Source of the DNA: Thiomicrospira cyclica
GTDB taxonomy: Bacteria; Pseudomonadota; Gammaproteobacteria; Thiomicrospirales; Thiomicrospiraceae
Length of the DNA stretch: 52,372 bases
Direction: 5' to 3'
NCBI GenBank assembly: GCA_020726325.1
Contig: DYST01000002.1
Coordinates: 1 to 52,372 of the forward strand
Part shown: one piece after another, positions 45,900 to 52,372 of the stretch
Numbering within the stretch: the stretch's first letter is position 1
Layout: each line of letters begins with the position of its first letter
Program-made: the position numbers and the translations under genes
Notes under the pieces: generated by a model
The model's input: the letters and a program-made list of their open reading frames with translations, nothing else
Told to the model about the DNA's origin: nothing
Database searches by the model: none

Positions 45900-47999
45900 A
45901 TGAATATCAACCGCCAAAAAACACTTTATTTAGCCATTGGCTTTTTACTCGCCAATGGTGCTATGGCAGCAGAGACACTGCCAGTGATAACGGTAGAAGC
46001 GACACAACTAGCAGCAACCTTAGCATCAGAAATTTATCCCAGTGCACAGTTAAAAATGACTTCTAAACAAGAGGGGGGTGATCTTCTGCGAAACATTTTA
46101 GGGGTTGATGGATCTCGTATGGGCGGGCATGGTATTGATCCTACCATTCGCGGGCAAAGTCAGACACAACTCACTGTGTTACTCGATGATGCTTACTTGC
46201 ATGGTGGCTGTCCAAACCGTATGGATCCGCCCACTTCTTTTGCGAATATCGAAACCTACGATAGTGTACGTGTCATTCAAGGGGTAGAAACCCTACAATA
46301 CGGCACTGGTGGTACTGGTGGCACAATTTTATACGAACGTGCCCTACCACAAATGGGTACACACGGTAAAGTTGAAGCGGGTGCTGGTGATAATGGCTAC
46401 AAAGGCTCTGCGACAGCAGAAGTATCTCATCGCGGCGAACAGGGTTATGTACGTGCTTTTGCAGTCAACAAAGACGGCAGCAACTATAAAGATGGCGATG
46501 GCAACCTCGTTCGTGGTAGCTATAGTACGGAACACCATGGGGCAGTGATTGGTCTAACACCAACAGCTGGCGAGCGCGTTGAAATGAGTGCTGAAAAAAT
46601 TGTTACGCACAACGCCTTATTTCAAGGTTCTAGCATGGATGCACCTTATGATGAAATGAATATTTTTCGCTTAAAATATCGTAGCAGCAATAAAATTGGT
46701 TTTGTCGATGCCATCAAAGCAGATTTATCTTATGCAGCAGATGAGCATTTAATGGATAACTACAGCTTCGCTTCTGCTTATCCAGCTGGCAAACGTGCTG
46801 TTTATAATGCCGTTATTGCCAATGATAAACGCATGAAATCACCCACAACGTCGAATACCTTTGCAACAAAACTGGCACTCAGCAGTCAGCTATCAACGAC
46901 AACTGCAATCGAGTATGGACTTAATCTTAACAAAGTAGATCGACATGCTGATTTGGTTAAAGTTGCCAATAATATGAACATGTCTTACAACTGGCCATCG
47001 GTTACGACAGAAAAAGCAGGGATCTTTGCAGAGTTAAACCATAAGTTATCGACTGATCGCCGTATTAAAGCAGGGATTCGCTTCGATCAGGTTAATAGCG
47101 ATGCCAGTCAAATCAATACAAAACCAAACATGATGCCCACAACCATTAGTGCAGCGCAGATGTATGAGCGTGTGCATGGTTATACAGGCGATGGCAAGAT
47201 TAATGAAACGCATTGGAGTGCTTTGGCGCGTTACGAATTAGACTTATCTCAAGACATGACTTGGTTTGCAGGTGTCAGTCGTACCATGAGAACCGCTGAT
47301 GAAACAGAACGTTTTTTTGCGAATGGGGCAAGTTTGAATGCTGCAGGTGCATTTAATACTGCGGGCAGTTCTGCTTGGGTTGGTAATCCGACACTTAACC
47401 CAGAAACACATTTACAAATTGATACAGGAATCAATCGTGATACCAACGAATACGGTTGGCGAGCAACAGCGTTTTATGATCGTGTCGATGATTATATTTT
47501 GCGCGATCAGTCGAGTGTCACCAACGGTAAAATCACCAGTTACCGTAATATTGATGCCACATTGTATGGCGTACAGCTAGAAGGTTACTATAAACTCAGT
47601 ACGGCAACTTTACTATCAAGTGGCTTAAATTATGTGAATAGTCATAACGATACCAATAGTCGCAATATTGCACAAACACCGCCGTTATCTGGCTATCTCG
47701 CACTCAATCAACAGGTTGGAGATCTAGGCTATGGTGCTCGTCTGCGCTTCCAAAATCAACAAAATGATATTGATACCTTAAGTGGCTTGGATACACAAAA
47801 AACACCTGCTTGGTCTGTGTTAGACTTATACGCTAGCCATGCGATTAATAAATCGGTTAAGGTAATGGCTGGGGTGGACAATGTTTTCGATCATGCTTAC
47901 TATCAACACGTTGGCAGAACAGATACCCTAACAGGTGGTGTTTATAATCTGTATGAACCAGGTCGTGCGGCATGGCTTAAAATGGTTGCCAAATTTTAA
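45900..47999 (+). CDS. oprC: TonB-dependent copper receptor (OprC/NosA family)
   Basis: The track ORF is trimmed to the ATG at 45900 (GAAGG 8 nt upstream), giving the signal peptide ...ANGAMA/AE. It has a plug domain with the GGCPNRMDPP (CxxxM) motif, a beta-barrel and a terminal Phe. Confidence 0.8.
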   Translation: MNINRQKTLYLAIGFLLANGAMAAETLPVITVEATQLAATLASEIYPSAQLKMTSKQEGGDLLRNILGVDGSRMGGHGIDPTIRGQSQTQLTVLLDDAYLHGGCPNRMDPPTSFANIETYDSVRVIQGVETLQYGTGGTGGTILYERALPQMGTHGKVEAGAGDNGYKGSATAEVSHRGEQGYVRAFAVNKDGSNYKDGDGNLVRGSYSTEHHGAVIGLTPTAGERVEMSAEKIVTHNALFQGSSMDAPYDEMNIFRLKYRSSNKIGFVDAIKADLSYAADEHLMDNYSFASAYPAGKRAVYNAVIANDKRMKSPTTSNTFATKLALSSQLSTTTAIEYGLNLNKVDRHADLVKVANNMNMSYNWPSVTTEKAGIFAELNHKLSTDRRIKAGIRFDQVNSDASQINTKPNMMPTTISAAQMYERVHGYTGDGKINETHWSALARYELDLSQDMTWFAGVSRTMRTADETERFFANGASLNAAGAFNTAGSSAWVGNPTLNPETHLQIDTGINRDTNEYGWRATAFYDRVDDYILRDQSSVTNGKITSYRNIDATLYGVQLEGYYKLSTATLLSSGLNYVNSHNDTNSRNIAQTPPLSGYLALNQQVGDLGYGARLRFQNQQNDIDTLSGLDTQKTPAWSVLDLYASHAINKSVKVMAGVDNVFDHAYYQHVGRTDTLTGGVYNLYEPGRAAWLKMVAKF

Positions 48000-48024
48000 T
48001 CTGCAATAGGAACACTAAAAACCC

Positions 48025-48630
48025 ATGAAAAAAGCCTATTATCTGTTTGCCTTAGTGCTGATCACCTTTGGCTTAGTAACGCTATTCACACAGCCTTGGC
48101 AAGAAAAGTCAAGTCATGCCGTCTTGGTCAGTAATACAGCCCCAACTGGCGGTGACTTTACCTTAACAGGAACGCGAGGCAAGGTCAGTTTACATGACTA
48201 CGCTGGCAAAATTGTGCTCCTGTATTTTGGCTATACAACCTGCCCTGATATTTGCCCAACAAACCTTGGCAATCTGTCCAGTGCCACGCGCTTACTTAGC
48301 GAAGATGAACGCAATCAGGTGCAAGTGATGATGATTACGGTCGATCCTGAACGTGATGACCAATTAAAAATGGATACTTATCTGCCTTATTTTCATCCTA
48401 GCTTTCAGGGCTTAACAGGTACACCAGAACAAATTGCCGAAATTGCCAAACGCTATGGTGCTGTCTATCAAAAGGCGGCGCTTGGTGAAGGCGCGTTAGG
48501 CTATAGTGTTGATCATTCTGCCTTTACTTACTTAATTAATGCACAAGGCAAGCTGGTCGAACAGCTACCACATGCAACAACAGGTGAAGAATTTGTTGCT
48601 GCGATTCGTGCACAACTCACCCCCAAATAA
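48025..48630 (+). CDS. SCO1/SenC family copper chaperone
   Basis: 201-aa ORF with an N-terminal anchor and a thioredoxin fold carrying the CPDICP (CxxxC) motif and a downstream His (VDHSAF). Confidence 0.88.
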   Translation: MKKAYYLFALVLITFGLVTLFTQPWQEKSSHAVLVSNTAPTGGDFTLTGTRGKVSLHDYAGKIVLLYFGYTTCPDICPTNLGNLSSATRLLSEDERNQVQVMMITVDPERDDQLKMDTYLPYFHPSFQGLTGTPEQIAEIAKRYGAVYQKAALGEGALGYSVDHSAFTYLINAQGKLVEQLPHATTGEEFVAAIRAQLTPK

Positions 48631-48646
48631 TCTAAAGGATTTTATA

Positions 48647-49102
48647 ATGACACTAACACGCTCGCTTTTAATGACTGCTTTATTGGCAAGCAGTCTCTCT
48701 GCCTTTGCTGCTGTAACAGAACAAGTTCAGGTACTTGATGGTTACGTACGCGAAGTACCACCGACACAACAAATTTCAGCTGCTTTTATGACCTTGCATA
48801 ATGACGATATGAGCGATCATAAAATTATCAGCGCAACTAGTCCAGCCGCTAAAACAGTCGAGTTGCATACACATACCCTAGACGAAGGCATGATGAAAAT
48901 GCGTCAAGTGCCTGATATCGCTATCCCTGCTGGTGGTGATACCTTCCTCAAACCAGGTGGGCTGCATATTATGCTAATTGGCTTAACGCAAGAACTGAAA
49001 AAAGACGTTCCCATTTCAGTTACAATCAAATTTGAAGATGATAGCGAAAAAACACTCAGTTTACCCGTTAAAAGTGTCATGCCGATGCAGATGAAGCATT
49101 AA
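48647..49102 (+). CDS. periplasmic copper chaperone PCu(A)C (DUF461)
   Basis: 151-aa ORF starting at the ATG at 48647 (AAGGA upstream), with the signal peptide ...LSAFA/AV and an H/M-rich copper motif, ELHTHTLDEGMMKMRQV. Confidence 0.85.
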   Translation: MTLTRSLLMTALLASSLSAFAAVTEQVQVLDGYVREVPPTQQISAAFMTLHNDDMSDHKIISATSPAAKTVELHTHTLDEGMMKMRQVPDIAIPAGGDTFLKPGGLHIMLIGLTQELKKDVPISVTIKFEDDSEKTLSLPVKSVMPMQMKH

Positions 49103-49130
49103 AACAAAAAATCAATATTTTGTTATGATA

Positions 49131-49164
49131 AAGGGCGTGATTAAACTCACGCCCTTATTTATTT
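49131..49164 (+). terminator. rho-independent terminator after the PCuAC gene
   Basis: AAGGGCGTGA-ttaaac-TCACGCCCTT followed by ATTTATTT. Confidence 0.65.
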
Positions 49165-49175
49165 GGATGCTACTT

Positions 49176-49547
49176 ATGAAATTTGTTGAATATCAAGATA
49201 CCACGCGCAACCGTATTCGTCACTATGAAGCGGATAAAATACTGGTTAATGCGCATTGGTACAACCTACCCTGTGCCATTGCACCACAAATCATTATTAA
49301 TGATTTGCAGCTTAGTACTGACAAAATTCAGTTTGAAGATATGAAGTCATTGCAAGATCGCTATACTGCCGATTTAATCATTATTGGTAGCAAAAGCGAG
49401 CCTAAATGGGATGTTGACTGGTTAAAACTGCAAGCACAAATGCATCAGCTTGGTATTGGCGTTGAACAAATGTATCATGACGCTGCGATTCGCACCTTTA
49501 ATGTGCTGACAACAGAAGATCGCCCTGTATGGTTAGTTTTGCTCTAA
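49176..49547 (+). CDS. Mth938-like (DUF498) domain protein
   Basis: 123-aa ORF starting at the ATG at 49176; the track start at 49125 would read through the terminator hairpin. The C-terminal AAIRTFNVLTTEDRPVWLVL resembles the Mth938/NDUFAF3-like family. Confidence 0.6.
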   Translation: MKFVEYQDTTRNRIRHYEADKILVNAHWYNLPCAIAPQIIINDLQLSTDKIQFEDMKSLQDRYTADLIIIGSKSEPKWDVDWLKLQAQMHQLGIGVEQMYHDAAIRTFNVLTTEDRPVWLVLL

Positions 49548-49624
49548 TAGCTTAATGAAATCACTTATATCTTATCTCAAGCGTTTGCCTTAAAATAAAC
49601 AGCAACAACATATCAGGTATTTTT

Positions 49625-51235
49625 TTGCTTAAATCTCATAATCCAAATAGCGTTCTTATTATTGGCAGTGGTATTGCTGGGCTATCGCTTGCGCTTAAAC
49701 TTGCTGAACATGTTTCTGTCACGCTATTAGCAAAACGTGGACTGCTCGAATCTAATACGCGCTATGCGCAAGGTGGTATTGCCGCTGTTTTAGATCCAAA
49801 CGATAGCATCGAACAGCATGTGCAAGATACCCTGATTGCAGGCGATGGCTTATGTGATGAAACGGCCGTGCGTTTTACGGCACAGTCAGGAAAACATATG
49901 ATCCAAGAACTGATTAATCTTTCAGTGCCTTTTACGCCTTGTAATATCGATAATGAACAAGATTGCGCCCTCTTTCCATTTCATCTGACGCGCGAAGGTG
50001 GACATTCGCACCGCCGCATTATTCATGCTGCCGACCATACAGGACAGTCTGTGCAAATTAGCCTTGCCCTCAAAGCGAGACAACATCCCAATATTGTCAT
50101 ACTAGAGCACTATACAGCTGTTGACTTAATTCACGTCAATGGACGTTGTGTTGGTGCATATGCCCTCAATCAAGCCAGTGATGAGTTTACCACCTTTGCT
50201 GCTCGTGCTGTGGTACTGGCAACTGGGGGTGCTGGTAAGGTTTATCTTTATACCAGCAATCCTGATTTAGCAACAGGTGATGGTATTGCAATGGCATGGC
50301 GAGCTGGCTGTCGTGTTGCTAATATGGAGTTTATGCAATTTCACCCGACGGTATTATTTCACCCTTCAGAACGTGCTTTTTTGGTTTCTGAAGCCGTTCG
50401 TGGTGAGGGCGGTTTACTCAAACGTCCCGATGGTACACGCTTTATGCCAGATTACGATGCACGCGAAGAATTAGCACCGCGTGATATTGTCGCTAGAGCC
50501 ATTGACAGTGAAATGAAAAAACTAGGCTGCGATCATATGTGGTTAGATATTAGTCACAAACCAGCTGATTTTATTACCAGCCATTTTCCGACAATATACA
50601 AACGCTGTTTCGCTTTGGGTATTGACATTACCAAAGAACCCATTCCTGTTGTTCCCGCTGCACACTACACTTGTGGCGGCGTGATGACAGACCTTAATGC
50701 CAAAACAGATCTCCCTAATTTATATGCCATCGGTGAAGTTGCTTATACAGGGCTACATGGCGCAAATCGACTTGCCAGTAACTCACTGCTCGAAGCCTTG
50801 GTTTTTGCCGACGCCGCCTATCATGATATTTTGCAACAAATCAAAACTGACACACTATTGATGCCCCCCGCGCTTCCTGATTGGGATGATAGCCAAGTTA
50901 GACCCAGCCCTGAACAAATTATGATTGCACATGATTGGGACGAGTTAAGACGGGTAATGTGGGACTATGTTGGCATCGTACGCACAGAAAAACGTCTGAA
51001 TCGTGCTTTAAAACGAACGCTCGTGATTCGCGAAGAAATTGAAGAGTTTTATGCTCATTACGAGCTGAATACTGACTTTATTGAACTACGTAATCTTGCC
51101 TTAATCAGTGAATTAATTATTCGCTCTGCTTTGGCACGTAAAGAAAGCCGAGGATTGCATTATATCGCTGACTACCCCAACAAACAGCAAGATAGTCAGC
51201 CGACAGTTATGATACCGAATAATTACATGAAATAG
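49625..51235 (+). CDS. nadB: L-aspartate oxidase
   Basis: 536-aa ORF with a TTG start, the FAD motif VLIIGSGIAGLS, and the motifs HRRIIHAADHTG, MEFMQFHPT and TGLHGANRLASNSLLE. Confidence 0.93.
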   Translation: MLKSHNPNSVLIIGSGIAGLSLALKLAEHVSVTLLAKRGLLESNTRYAQGGIAAVLDPNDSIEQHVQDTLIAGDGLCDETAVRFTAQSGKHMIQELINLSVPFTPCNIDNEQDCALFPFHLTREGGHSHRRIIHAADHTGQSVQISLALKARQHPNIVILEHYTAVDLIHVNGRCVGAYALNQASDEFTTFAARAVVLATGGAGKVYLYTSNPDLATGDGIAMAWRAGCRVANMEFMQFHPTVLFHPSERAFLVSEAVRGEGGLLKRPDGTRFMPDYDAREELAPRDIVARAIDSEMKKLGCDHMWLDISHKPADFITSHFPTIYKRCFALGIDITKEPIPVVPAAHYTCGGVMTDLNAKTDLPNLYAIGEVAYTGLHGANRLASNSLLEALVFADAAYHDILQQIKTDTLLMPPALPDWDDSQVRPSPEQIMIAHDWDELRRVMWDYVGIVRTEKRLNRALKRTLVIREEIEEFYAHYELNTDFIELRNLALISELIIRSALARKESRGLHYIADYPNKQQDSQPTVMIPNNYMK

Positions 51236-51253
51236 ACGGTAAAACTGCTTTTC

Positions 51254-52231
51254 TTAATTTTTATCGTCACTATTACTGTTGTGATTCAGCTTTTCACGCT
51301 TAACCGCAATCAACATATACTCGGCTTTTGCCCCTAAGTAGACATACAGCCCCAAACCAACCATCAAGGCAACAGCCGACAACATCATCCATGTTGCACT
51401 AGAAAGATAATCACCCGAACCAATCGCTGACTTAAACATCAATAACAAGGCTTCAATTGAAACCGCAATCATAATCGCCGCCATAAATCGGGTAATGGTG
51501 CGGCGCGTTGAGCTATGACGGAAAATATCTTTGTGCATCAAGACTTCCTCTTCCAAGGTTGTTTTCGCCAAATCAAAGATTGCCAACCCCAAAGTGATAA
51601 AAATAATGGCACTAAACGGACGAACCGATTCAATATGCGATGGTTCTTCGAGCATTTTAAGCAGCTCCGAAAAACCTGAATAAAGCAAAATTGCCACCAC
51701 ACAAAACAAACCAAACGAAATAATTGAATAGATTGACTTAAATAACGGCTCAAAGCGCATACGCAGACTATCGCCCATTAAAAAACTGACCGTTTTTTCT
51801 AAATCTAAATCAATCACTAAGTAACCACAAATACCGCCTGCTTCATCGCGCATTGGAATAGCACCAGACAAACACATCACTTTATCAGTAGTCGACAAAT
51901 AGGGCTGAGTAAATACAGGCTCTTGCCTTTCCTTTGCCATCACATAGTAAGGACGTTGACTGCGGTCTTTACCACGATTCGCATGATCTGTTTTTGCCTT
52001 AAAATCATTAAAGATATAATTAGGACCATTTTGTATACCATCTTTATCAAGCGTATAAACAATATCTAAAAAAGGATAATGTTTAAACATTTCATCCAAA
52101 GTCTCTAACATTTTTTCTGGATTTTCAAACAATTTAATATCCGCCAAACCAATCAGCATTGACTCTAGCATCTCACGAATCATTGTTTGATATTCGTGGT
52201 AACGTTCGATCACATTAACGTAGCTCGCCAT
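51254..52231 (-). CDS. membrane protein with an N-terminal Cache/PDC-like sensory domain and a C-terminal 4-TM domain; no recognisable output domain
   Basis: 325-aa ORF containing RSQRPYYVMAKE...TQPYLSTTDKVMCLSGAIPMRDEAGGICGYLVIDLDL, the classic Cache pattern, followed by four hydrophobic helices. There is no N-terminal TM helix or signal peptide. Confidence 0.55.
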   Translation of the reverse strand: MASYVNVIERYHEYQTMIREMLESMLIGLADIKLFENPEKMLETLDEMFKHYPFLDIVYTLDKDGIQNGPNYIFNDFKAKTDHANRGKDRSQRPYYVMAKERQEPVFTQPYLSTTDKVMCLSGAIPMRDEAGGICGYLVIDLDLEKTVSFLMGDSLRMRFEPLFKSIYSIISFGLFCVVAILLYSGFSELLKMLEEPSHIESVRPFSAIIFITLGLAIFDLAKTTLEEEVLMHKDIFRHSSTRRTITRFMAAIMIAVSIEALLLMFKSAIGSGDYLSSATWMMLSAVALMVGLGLYVYLGAKAEYMLIAVKREKLNHNSNSDDKN

Positions 52232-52372
52232 TATTTTTTTCCTTATTCATTCAACACAGGCACATCATTTTTCACTGACGAATCTGCCCTTGACCCAAAA
52301 CAATGTATTTCTGTGAGGTTAAGCCCTCTAAGCCAACAGGCCCTCTGGCATGAAACTTATCGGTACTAATAC

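Noticed and set aside
1-52372. Searched by eye for tRNA/rRNA genes, CRISPR arrays, IS elements, integrases, reverse transcriptases and long direct repeats.
   Set aside because: No non-coding gap exceeds about 315 nt, and the largest one holds a small ORF. I saw no T-loop-like GGTTCGAATCC-type sequences in spacers, no regularly spaced repeats, and no transposase or integrase motifs in any ORF.

Overview
This is a 52.4-kb, almost fully coding chromosomal window from a gammaproteobacterium. Sampled core-gene lines are about 47-52% G+C. I recognised no rRNA, tRNA, CRISPR, IS element, integrase or prophage. Core content in order: alr-dnaB-rplI-(DUF2232-like membrane protein)-rpsR-rpsF, which is Pseudomonas-type synteny. 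Then come a zinc-independent-type rpmJ paralog, a SPOR-domain protein, coaE, ettA and two tandem HDOD paralogs. These are followed by a dGTPase-like gene, a pabB-like gene and the complete yceD-rpmF-plsX-fabH-fabD-fabG-acpP-fabF cluster. Next are yceF(maf), metG and rnfABCDGE. After the accessory block come nth, cysQ and a copper-acquisition cluster (OprC-type TonB receptor, SCO1, PCuAC, Mth938-like). The window ends with nadB and a Cache-like membrane protein. Accessory content has three parts. (1) A strongly AT-rich type II R-M pair (PD-ExK nuclease plus a 539-aa C5-cytosine methyltransferase with an oversized variable region) is wedged without spacers between metG and rnfA. (2) A TolC-adaptor-RND efflux operon has been colonised, gap-free, by two modules: a DUF2281/PemK toxin-antitoxin pair between the outer-membrane factor and the adaptor, and a lower-GC Dam-like methyltransferase/PD-DxK nuclease pair between the adaptor and the RND pump. 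I consider this seven-gene polycistron the most unusual thing in the window. (3) A hybrid sensor kinase is translationally coupled to aas. Downstream of that pair lie an orphan YfaE-like ferredoxin gene and a yaiI-exonuclease gene pair. The whole 29.7-44.7 kb block separates rnfE from an inverted nth. All calls rest on motif recognition by eye and on synteny; no database search was possible.
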